Of a stretch of 64,000 bases of DNA, positions 51,201 to 63,200 are shown piece after piece. The notes below the pieces were generated by a model. That model saw only the letters and a list, made by a program, of their open reading frames with translations. It was not told the origin of the DNA and did no database searches. The stretch covers positions 1,054,001 through 1,118,000 of the forward strand of contig OX597826.1 in the NCBI GenBank assembly GCA_951406725.2, read 5' to 3'. Made by a program: the position numbers and the translations under genes. The stretch is from Octopus vulgaris (taxonomy: Eukaryota). Within the stretch, counting starts at the first letter, position 1; every line of letters begins with the position of its first letter.

Positions 51201-54200
51201 AATTTACCTCCAATATTCTCTGAAAATTCCATTAATTTCCCAGACATTTCTGTCTTTATTAGTAACCTCCACCTCTCCACAGCAGTTTACTTCAAACACA
51301 CTGACTTTCACTCCTAACCTGACTTTTCTTCATATCTGACTCCAAATTTACCACATCCTACTTACAATTCCTCCATCTCAAAATCAAGCAGATGAACCAT
51401 TTCTTTCCATTTAACATGGTTGTCCTCAACATGTCATCAACCCCCCCCCCCCTCCATCAAAGCCCAATCTATCAGCAGCCATACTGCTGTTCTCACTCTA
51501 TGCTCTCATCCCCCCACCTTCCCTTCCCTATTTACTTTGACTCCACCTCACCCCACTCCCCACAACTCAGCTACTTCAATACATCTTCTTTAGTAACTTC
51601 TGCCTTACAATCCCCTTACTTCTATCTTTCCCAGAGTTTTCACTCCTCTCCTTCAAAAGGGATAAAAGTTCAGTGTGACATTCTAGTCAATATTTCCCAC
51701 ACCCAATCCAGCAAGAGATCAAGAATAAATGTACAGAATGTAGACAAGTTGTCTGAGAGACAAAGCAACAATTAAATAAGCTTAAATATACCTGTTCTTT
51801 GAAGCTACTTTTTTCTTCTTCCGTCGTGGGTTTCACAACGTAATTAGTTTTCCTACAACACAAAAAGGAAAATCAAGACATTTTCTCAACAGGTAAAAAA
51901 AAAAAGTGGTGGTGGCTACAACTTAGTAAATGGTGGATATTTTTAGATTGACTTTTTCTTTTATATTTTTTCATGTCAATAGGGAAGTGATTAAACTGTC
52001 CAATTTAGTTGTATTATGGAATTAGTACAGCAATTCTTTTTTTAATGCCAACACCACAACCATTAAATGGAAATGCTATCTATTCTCAATAGAGCTGCAT
52101 GCAATGAGCAGGGCAATATATTTTTTACCTTTTACTTGTTTCAGTCATTGGATTGCAGCCATGCTGGAGCACTGCCTTGGAGAGTTTAGTTGAACAAATT
52201 GACCCGAGTATTTATTTTTAAGCCTGATGGTATCTTTTGCCAAACCACTGATAAACTAATGGCTGTTATTAATAAACTAACTGGCTTATTGGCCGTTGTT
52301 TATAAACTAATAAACAAATTACCGTTATAAGTAGCAACAAAGTAAACTGGAAAAACAAAACAAATAAAAAACAACTCTAAAACAGAAATAAAGTAAAGCT
52401 ACATCAATACTTACACTCTGGGAGGAGGGGTTGTTCCTTGATTATTTTCGGGATTTTCATTTAATTTTCCATCTTTCTTCTGCAACCAAAACTTACACAA
52501 TTGACCAAGCTCATCATCAGCGTCTCGACCATTGCCGATCCACCGCCATTGCTGAGCTCTTTCTTTATAGTCAATCAATGGAATAAAATTATCGATTTGG
52601 AAGCCTGAAATCAATACAGGATGCACTCTATACAATTTATTACAGATTTTGCAATCATTTCTTGACCCTTTAACATTTAAAACAGCTATATCCGGCCAAA
52701 ATATTTTGTTTGTTTTATATTCAAACTGGCCAAATACAGTCTCTCACACCTACCTTACAATGTCATACTAAAAGTAAACAACCCCATAATTGAAACCTCA
52801 AAACTATGAGATAATGCACGATTAATTCAAAACAATATGAATACATAAGCAGTACATTTGACAGAATAATCTGAATGCTAAAAGGTTAAAGGTTGTATGA
52901 GTGGAAAAATTAGGCAGTTTTTGTAAGAAAAAAAAATTATATGATTCTATATTTGTGAGATGAGGAATTTATATTATGTACATTGTGTACATTAGTCAAA
53001 CTGATGTCCTCATCTTGGCTGTTACTTTTATACTACATTTCGGCTGTTGTATGCTCCAGCCTTCTTCAGGTGTCTTGAGATTCACTTTAGTGCCTTGCTT
53101 GGGACTGAACTCAGAACCTCATTTCAGAAATATAGAATTGTATTACACTGTGTAACAAATTTTTTATTTATTTATTTTATCTTTGGTCATTAAGTGTTAT
53201 TTCCTATTTGCTTCAATCTAGAAATCAAAGGAAATGACTACTGTTCCCTTCAAACTTTACTTTTGTGATCAGGACACCAAGGTTTTGAAACTGACCGATT
53301 TTCCACTTCATTTTAGTTGTTACTGCCTTCCTTGAGGATTTGTTGTTTATTACATTATTTTCTTTTTCTTTTAATCATTGAATTTAATTTTATTAAACTA
53401 TCAGCTGGATTTGATTGGATTACCCATTTTCAGTCTACTGCAGGACAAAGGCCTCAGTATGCCCTCTCCACCAACCACAATCTGATGTGGAGGCCATGAA
53501 TTTGAGTTCAAGATCATACTGGTTTGATGAGCTTACTCTGCCACACTGGTTCAACATGGCTTGGCAGAGGGATGCAGTTTTTATACTCATACTCGGGAGT
53601 AGATAAGTCGATTACATTGACCCCAGTACTCAACTGGTATTTATTTTGGTATTATTATTATTATTTAGGTCACTGCCTGGAATTGAACTCGGAATCCTGG
53701 GGCCAGCAGCCCGCACTCTTAACCACGTGTATATGGCGTAGTGGTTAAGAGTGCTGGCGACTAACTCCAAGATTCCAAGTTCGATTCCTGGAGGTGGAAG
53801 AGGGGGAGGGGAGGAGAGAGCGAGGAGGAGGAAGTTATATATTTTAGCAACATGGAAAGGATGAAAGGTAAAGTCAATTTCAACAGAATTTGAACTCAAA
53901 ATGTAAAACCAGACAAAAGGCTGGAATGCTAACGATTCTGGCAGCTTCTTGCCTTTAAACAACAAACTTCATTTCTAGATTTTAAAACGTCAATTAAACA
54001 TACAAATGAAACAGCCACTTACCATAAACATCACCTGAAAGAAACTTTAGCGCAGACACAACATTTTCAACCCAGTTATTCTGTAGACTTATCCACTGAT
54101 TAAGAGAACTTGTCGGGGATTCTTGCCACTCTTTCACTTTATCATCTAACTGAAAAATTATAAAAATACATCAAATAAATTAGGTACCTGAAAAATTATT

Positions 54201-57200
54201 CATTTTTGTAAAAATCTTCATAGTTTAGAACATCCAGTGGTTCTTCACCATTTTCATCTATGGACCCTTTTGATTACTGTTTTATTCTGGTGGACCCCCA
54301 CAGCCATTCAATGTTCAAAACCTAGTTTTATAGAAACTTCTTTCAAAACCCCTATTTTGTTTTTCACTCATTAACTCATGTACGTTGGACTACAGCTGTT
54401 TCTTGCAATGAATACATTTAAAGCAGAATTTTTCCATGAACCCTAAATAAACTACTATGGATCCTTAATTTACTATTTTGCTTGTATGGACTCCTCCAAA
54501 ATCTTATATGGACCCCCAGTTAAGAATCACTGGTTTAGAAGAACTGGAGTAATTATCTTTTACCTTGCTTCAGTCATTAGACTGTGGCCATGCTAAGGCA
54601 CTGAACTGAAGAATTTTTAGTCAAAGGAATCGGCCCCAATACTTATCATTTTAAGCCGGGTACTTATTCTATCAGGCTCTTTAGCCGAACTGCTAAGTTG
54701 TGGGGACATAAAGTGGTTGGCATTCGGAAGGGCATCCAGCAGTAAAAATCATGCCAAAATTAATCTCGCCTGTGCTAGTGCCATGTAAAAAGCACTGAGT
54801 CCACTCAGCAGAGTGGCTGGGGTTATGGAGGGGATCTAGCCATAAAGAATCTTGCCAAAACAGACAGAGTAGTATAGGATGGTTTTCCTACCTGGCCAGC
54901 CCCTGTGAACCATCCTACCCATGCATGCACAGAAGATGGATGATGATGATGATGGTTAACACACCAACAATGACAAGTGGTGGTGGTGGTGGGGAGACAA
55001 ACACAGACACAAAGACACACACACAGAACAGTCTTCTTTCAGTTTCTATCTACCAAATTCATTCACAGGGTTAGCATATGCAGATTCACACAGAAATCTC
55101 ATAGACACAAAGTTATTACTATGAAAAGACATTACATTGTAACTGAACCAACAGGGAAATTTCTATATGGTTGTTTGTAATCCTTGGTGAAACAACTCCA
55201 GTTGTCTCAACACAACACATTGCTTATTAAGTGTCATCCAATCAATGAACACAATTCTATCATGTGACGCTTTTCGCTCCCACATTATTTATTATTTAAG
55301 CCTACATGGATTCATCGAAGGGGACACTTTATTAATTCTACCAGGTGACATTAGGTAATCATCAACTCAGTGTTGCGGATTTACTCTTTTTGTCGTAGCA
55401 TGCTTACTCGGCCACAGACAGTTCGCCATTTTGCATCATGCACAATTGCACCTGGGTTTGCAATTGTTGCAATGTTTGTTTTGTTCATTAATAAAGTTAT
55501 GATCCAAGCACATATCACCATTCATCCTACATTATAACACTAGAAATAATAGTCAAATCTCCCTCAAATAAACATCCAACATGTTTTAAAAGAGACAGTG
55601 ACCGAGACCTTTGGTGACAGGCTGCGCTTGAGAAGACTTGTCAAGCAAAGTGAAATCGCAGTTGTGGTCAACGCTTGTTTCATGTAAGTGGCACATCAAA
55701 AGCAGCCGTTACACTCTTGGAGTGGTGTTGGGAAGAGTATACAGTCATAGAAACCATGTCAAATCAGATTGGAACCTGGTGCAGCCATTCAGCTTACCAG
55801 TTTCAGTCAAACTATCCAACCCATGCCAGCATGGAAAGCAGACACTAAATGGTGATATTGAAAAGAGAGAGACATCATGGACAGTGCAGCAGTTCATGGC
55901 TGGAACACTTTGTGCTGTTGGCCTACCTAATGAAGCCTGACTACGCATTAAACAAAATCAACATTGAAGACATTTCTTGAAGAATCGACGCAACAACAAC
56001 ATTTATCAAATCAGCATCCATCAGCATCCATGGTCCTTTTTATAGGACCAGAAGGATAATCCATCATATTTCTGCAACACCTGTATTTTTCTGAGATATC
56101 TTTAGTTAGTCATCCAGACTGGAGTGTTTTTCAAATATTGTAATAAAAATTTTTTTTATATATTTAGTATCAGATAAAGTTGTATAAAAAAAGATTTTTG
56201 GTAATAAATCAAATAAAAAAAAATTGGGCACTAATGGGTTAAGGAAACTATTTTAAAGAATGTTCAAGACACTTACCTTTGCTGTGGTCACTTTGGCATC
56301 AGGAAATTCACAAATGAGATCTCTTAGCAGACTGAAAAAACTGTCATACTGACCAAATGGTAACTTGGGTGGTAGAGTCCTGAAAGACAACAGGTACCTT
56401 CTCGTCAGATATCTCAAAAACCAACAAAAGTGCAATGGTGAACAAGTAATTTTTCAAGATAGAAAATGGATATTATAAGACTAATTCCGAGGTCAGCGAA
56501 CTGGGGTAAAAATGAAATTCTTGGGGGTAATGAGGACTCATTAGACATAAGTAAAATTATATAAGAAACGTGCTCCTTGTTATGACAGAAATTTTTCTTC
56601 TGACATGAGGAGGCAGTCTTACAACAACCTACCTCTGCAAACAAGGATTCTCCACTGTAATGAACATAAAAACAAAGCAGAGTAAGCAATCGGACCCTGA
56701 AGACTGTGTCCAAATTGCTCTGGCATCAAAACACCCCAATTCTGATGTAATTGCAACAAAAATGAAACATCATTTCCCCAAAACCTGAAGTTAAAAAGTT
56801 TCTAGAAAAATCCTTTGTTTCATAATGAGGATATTTATTTATTTTATCGTATTTGTTTCTTAATTTTTATATTTATAATTGTATTCTCCATATAAATAGG
56901 TTCAATAAACCTTTTGAATTCAAAGAATCTATGATTTTCTTCCTTTCATATCAAAGGGGTAATGTTGGCATAAATAAATATATTTTGGGGTAATTGGTTA
57001 AACAAGTTCCCCGACCCCCTGCTCTACTCTGTAACTGCCAGTAAATATCAATTTGCATCTTTCTACACACTAGAATTGGCTTGAACATTATTGTCTTAAA
57101 TATAAGCTGAAACGAATGGGTATCATGTAAATGGGTATCTCACCAGGTAAAATAATCAAAAATCTACTTACTCTTGAAGGGGAAATTCAGGAACAACACA

Positions 57201-60200
57201 TTCTTCCTCCCTTGCAAGCAATTCTGGTATTTCGATTCCGCTGACATCTTCTTGGTTGGCAACACTGCTCTTCTTAGCAATGCTGTCGACACGGTTTGCT
57301 TTTAATTTCTTCAGTTTCTCACCCTTTTTCTTCACCTTCTTCATAATTGCTGGATTTGATGCTGTCTCTTCAGAAACAGCTGTGAAAGTTAAAAAGACAA
57401 AAAATATAAATATAAGGGGACTACATACGAGGAATGCGAGATGGACTTCATTTCCAGGTGGAGCCCTTTCAATTACTCCATTTTCCCAATGTCCTTAGGG
57501 AAGGCAGAAACATCACTGTGTGTGTGTGCGTGCATGCGTGTGTGTGTGTTTAACATCCATTTTCCATACTGGCATGGGTTGGACAGCTTGACAGGAGCTG
57601 AAAAGCCAGAGGACTGCACCAAACTCCACTGTCTGTTTTGGCATGTTTTTTTTTTTTACATATATGTGAATGTGTGCATGTGTATATATATATACATATA
57701 TGTATTTCAGGAGCAAAGGCCCATCCTCAGAAAAAAGCAGTCCAAGAAATGTCTAGTTAAATCAATTTCATTACTATATATAAACTGCTCGGCACCTGGC
57801 TAAGCAGCAACTCTCCAACTGTTGGTTCTGATGCATTTTCTCATGGTGGTGGTGGTGATGGAAAATGGTATTAGCGGCATGTGTTATGATGTTGGTCGTG
57901 GTCACCGTAATGTCTATGTAGGAGCCACCAGCCCATCTCCGACTGACTGTTATTTTACAGGTTAAGGGGAGGATCAATATAGCTTCCTTGATATGAAGAT
58001 TTCCAAGGTCAGTATGGAGCCGTCTTTGTTTGGTGGTGTGGCTGCTGCATTTGGTTGAGTGTTTGCGAGAGGAAGGCGTGTCAGTAGTGAGATATTCCTT
58101 CATTCAGGCGTGGAATAGTCAGACTCTGCTACTGATGTAACAGTTACTGCATATGAAGCATTGCATTCCTGAATGAAGAGCACCTCACTACCAACACAGC
58201 TTCCTTCCACAAATACATGACTAAATAATAGTAAGAGTAATGGGTAAAGACCCCAGAATTGCACCTACAAAGTTCTCTTCTGAGGAACAAGTCTGGGCAA
58301 AGTTGTTTCTATGGAAGACCGACTGTCGCCCATGGCAACCAGTCTCCCATCTCCACACCACCGATGTTATCCAAGGGAGAGGCAAAGGGGCTGATACAGC
58401 TTGGCACCAGTGACATTGCAACTTGTTTCTACAGCTGAGTGAACTGCAGCAACATGAAATAAAGTGTCTTGCTCAAGAACACAACACACAGCCAGGTCTG
58501 GGAATCAAACTCACTACCTCATGATTGTGACCCAGACTCTCTGACCACTGAGCCATGCCCCTTCACATGATGGAGTTGATAGTTGTTATGGTAACAATGG
58601 TAAAATATCTTAGCAACAATCAGAGAAATAAATAATTACAAATATATTTACCAGAAGGAGACTTTGGCGTTGGTTTTCTAACGGCCTGGCATCGAGCCAG
58701 AATGTCTGAGAGTGTGATTGAGCTGATGTCCAGTTCAGGTTGTTCCTTCAAAATGGAAAAGAAAATCATTTAGCAATAATAACAATCATCATTGTCATCA
58801 TCATCATTTAACGTCTGTTTTTCCATGCTGACATAGGTTGGATGATTCGACAGGAGCTGGCCAACTGAAGAACTGCTTGGCTTCCATGTCTGTTTCAGTC
58901 GTCTGTTTCTACAGCTGGATGCCCTTCCTAATAGCAACCACTTTACAAAGTGTACAGGGTGCTTTTGACGTGGCACTAACACAAGTGCCTTTATGTGACA
59001 CCAGCACGGGCACAGGTGCCTTTACGTGGAACTGACATGGGCGCATTTACATGGCATTAATACAGGTACTTTTATGTGGTACAAGCATGGAGGATGCTTT
59101 TACATGGTGCCGGTACATAATATTACAATGTACTTGCTGTCTTATTATAAGACACACCTCAAAACTTTGGTCGGCACTAGGCTGTAGTAGAAGACACTTG
59201 TCCTAAGTGCCATGCAATGGGACTGAACCTGAAACCATGTAGATTGAGAAACTAACTTCTTAACCACACAGCCAAGCCTGCACCTACAAGACACATGTGT
59301 ACCTAAAGGCATGGCCATCACAAATTATCACTTCTCTGGAAATTTTAATCACTATGCCTCATCTTGTTAAATAAAACATCAAACTATGATTCTTAGGATA
59401 ATTCCACAATAAACTAAAATAACAATAATTTAGACACAGGTCAACAATATTGGAGGATGGGCATAAGTGGTTAAACTGACCAATGTACTTGACTGATAGC
59501 ACTTTGTAACACAGTTTTTGCTCTTGGGTACCAACTGTTATTTCCTATTCGCTTTAACCCTAGAAAGGATGAAAAATGAATAATATTTCCCTCAAACTTT
59601 GCTTTTGTTACATTTATTCAAACCCCAAAGAATCCCTCTCATGGCTACGATACTCCCCCACTACTCCTGCTCATCATCAAAGATGCACATATCGTCAGCC
59701 ACTAGAGGACATGCTCAAGAGGTTATGGTCAAGCAACTGAGAAGCAAATCTGTGGTATTGGGCAGAAGATTTGGTATAACGATATTTCTGCTTCAGCAAC
59801 TCAGCACTGAAACTGTCTGAAACGTAATGAAAAATGAGTCAGTTTCAAAACATTGATGTCCAGGTCACAAAAGCAAAGTTTGAAGGGAACAGTAGTCATT
59901 TCCTTTGATTTTTAGATTGAAGCAAATAGGAAATAACACTGACCAAAGACAAAAAAAAAGAGAATAATAATAATTTTGTTACACAGTTTAATTTATTTTA
60001 CTGACCCTGAAAAGATGTAACACAAAGATGACTTTGATAGGATTTGAACCTGGAAGGTAAAGTGCCAGAACAAATACTGTGAGACATTTTTGTATGATAC
60101 TCTAATGATTTTGCTAACCTATTTCCCCTTTGTCTTTCAGATTTTGTAGCAACATCACCACCATCACCATCATCATCGTCTTCATTGTTTAATGCTTATT

Positions 60201-63200
60201 TACCATGCTGGCATGGTTGGACAGTTTGACAAGAGAGCAGTGAACTGCAGGACTGCAACAAGCTCCAAAGTCAGTTTGGAATGGTTTCTATGGATATCTT
60301 TTACTTATTTCAGTCATTAGAATGTGGCCATGCTGGGGCACCACATTGAAGAATTTTTAGTCAAGTGAATCATCTGCGATACATATTTGTTTTTTTAACC
60401 CCATGATAATGGTTGTTCATCAGGCAACTAGGCCTCACCAGCAGTAATTGTCTCCGTGAAGAACCAGAGGAATTAACTGTACAAGTACAAATTTGGATAG
60501 GAAGACATAGTGGAAATGTTGGTATAACTGCCAAAACCGCAGTCTTCATGCCATTATGGTGATGCCTCGAACAAAGTTGGAAATATTTACATGCAGAATC
60601 TAAGAAATCTATCAAATTCCATGAAGTTTGTACAGTGGCTTTTATGGTCGATTCCATGAGTGATAGTGGTTATTTACACCAACCCTGTGGCAGACCATCC
60701 TAGATATTGGCACTTTATATCCTTTCTACTATAGGCACAAGGCTTGAAATTTGGTGGGAGGAGGCTAGTTGATTACATTGACCCCAGTACATGTCTGGTA
60801 CTTACTTTATCGACCCCTGAAAGGATGAAAGGTAAAGTTGACCTCAGCAGAATTTGAACTTAGAACATACAGATGAAATACTGCTAAGCATTTTGCCCAG
60901 CGTGCTAACAATTCTGCCAGCTCACCATTTATTGGTACTTTATATCAGCCTTGCAAGGAAGGAAGGCAAAGTTGACTTTGGCAGGATTTGAACTCAGAGC
61001 ACAGGAAACCAGAACAAAATACCATGAGACATTCTATCTGAAGCTCTCGTGATTCTATCAATTTCCTGCAACTTGCTAAATCTGTAAGAATGTCATTTTT
61101 AGAATACTTACCCCATTTTCTGTTTTCCGTCGTTTATAATCTCTTAACATAGCTTTATAATCTTCATCAGAAAATTCTATGGGGCTTAAAGGACGCCTGA
61201 CCGTTTTTCTTTGACCATTGCTATCTTCTGTAAACAATAAGGATAGAATAAAAATAAAATGGGTTTCATCATTGGGGGTTGGGTATATAGTTAGTCTAAT
61301 CTGCAACAGCAAAGAATAAATTACGTTTTGTACCAGTTTCTAAACTTAGTTTTAACTTCAGAAATTTAAAAATAGTCTAACATAATGGCATGGTTCAAAC
61401 AATACTAAAACTTCATGATGGCAAGACCAGGGGGTGGAGCAATTGCCCCAATTTTTGATCACTCACTCTGCATCCTTTGCTTGCTCTTCCCTCTGGTTAG
61501 GTAACCATGTGTCTCCTTTACAGCAGCATACCTGTTTCTGTCCTCTCTTTCTGGATAACCATGTTTCTCTTCTTCAGCAGCACACCCGTTTCTACACTCA
61601 TCCTTCATCAATCTCTCTCTCTCTCCTCCTCTTACTATTCCCCTCAGCTAGGTAACCCATGTATCGCCTTTACAACAGCACACCTGTTTCTGCACTCCTT
61701 CTTGTAAACTCTCTCTCTTTCTCTCTGGCTGGGTAACCTTGTACCTCCTCTACAGCAAAACATTTGTTTCTGTCCATCTCTCTGTTACATTCTAACCTTT
61801 CATCATCTAGCACAAGGCCACCTCCTCCAATGCCCCTTCCCCTTTCAAAGATTCTTTGTCCAGCAAAGTTACTTGGGTGCCACTTAAAAAGCATCCAGTA
61901 CACAGTGTAAAGTGGTTGGTGTTTGGAAGGGCATCCAGCTGTAAAAACTATGCTAAAACTGAACTCGCTTGTGTTGGTGCCATGGAAAAAGCACTCAGTC
62001 CACTTTGCAGAGTGGTTGGTGTTAGGAAGGGCATCCAGCTGTAAAATCCCTGCTAAAACAGACACAGAAGTCTGGTGCAGTCTTCTGCTTGGCCAGATCT
62101 TATCAAACCGTCCCATCCATGCCAGCATGGAAGGAGGACATTAAACGATGATGATGATGATGTATAGCTCTGGTTAAATGGCATTGGAAATTGAAAGATA
62201 CCTCTCCGACTGGATAGGATGCAGTTCTATCACTAATGACCCCAACTCCAATTTGTATGGTACAATACCGTTTCCAGCAGCTGCATAGGCAGGGCCATGG
62301 CTGTGTGGTAATATAATTTATTGTGTGACTGCAAGGTTACAAGTTCCGTCCTGATGAATGTTACCATGGGCAGATGTCTTCCACTATAGACTCAAGCTGT
62401 TTTTAATGCCTTTTGTGGGTGAAACTGATAGCTGGAAACGGTACGGATGTCTATCAGAGCTCCTCCCACCATTTCACCTCAACCCCGCCCACTTCACATT
62501 TCCTTTTCCCCCTCTCTCTCTTATTCCCAGTTTGTGATGTATGAAGTTCACATTGTCTTGCATTCCTCCTCAGTTGCAGCTTTTTTTGCAAACAAAGAGG
62601 ACATAAACTCTGCCATCTTTCTTTTATTTCTGTCTTGTTAATTTTAGCCTGAAAAACAACTCTGCCTGAAAAGTTGACTACTTCTCTCCCCATGACAATT
62701 CCACTGTGCATTTTCCAAATGAGACATGTTTTGTCAGTTGCAGACCAACGCCAGTCTCTTTGGATTCTGTCTCATCTGATGTATCAACTGAACTTAATGC
62801 TGTGAGCCGTCTCCTTTACTACGCCTAATCTGAAACTCTTCAACCAGGATTTGTACTGCGCCTTGAAAAGGAGGGGGTGAGAGGAGAGAGGAAGACAAGG
62901 AAAAGATGGAAGTGAGGATGAGGAAGGAAAGAAGAGGGAATGGGGGGAAGGTGGGGGAGGAGGAGAGGAAGTGGCAAGGCAAGAAGAGGTGAGGAGGAAA
63001 GGTGGGTGGAAGGATGGAGGGGGAAGATGGGGAGGTGGAGAGGAGGGGGAAGTGTGGAGGGAAGATGGGGAGGAGAAAGAAGGGAACGAAATGAAATCAA
63101 CCCCATAGAGATTAACTGTACAAGCTGGTCTTAGCAAGATTTGAACACGTGATGCAAAACGCCAGAACAAATACCACAAGGGCATTTTCTCTGATGTTTT

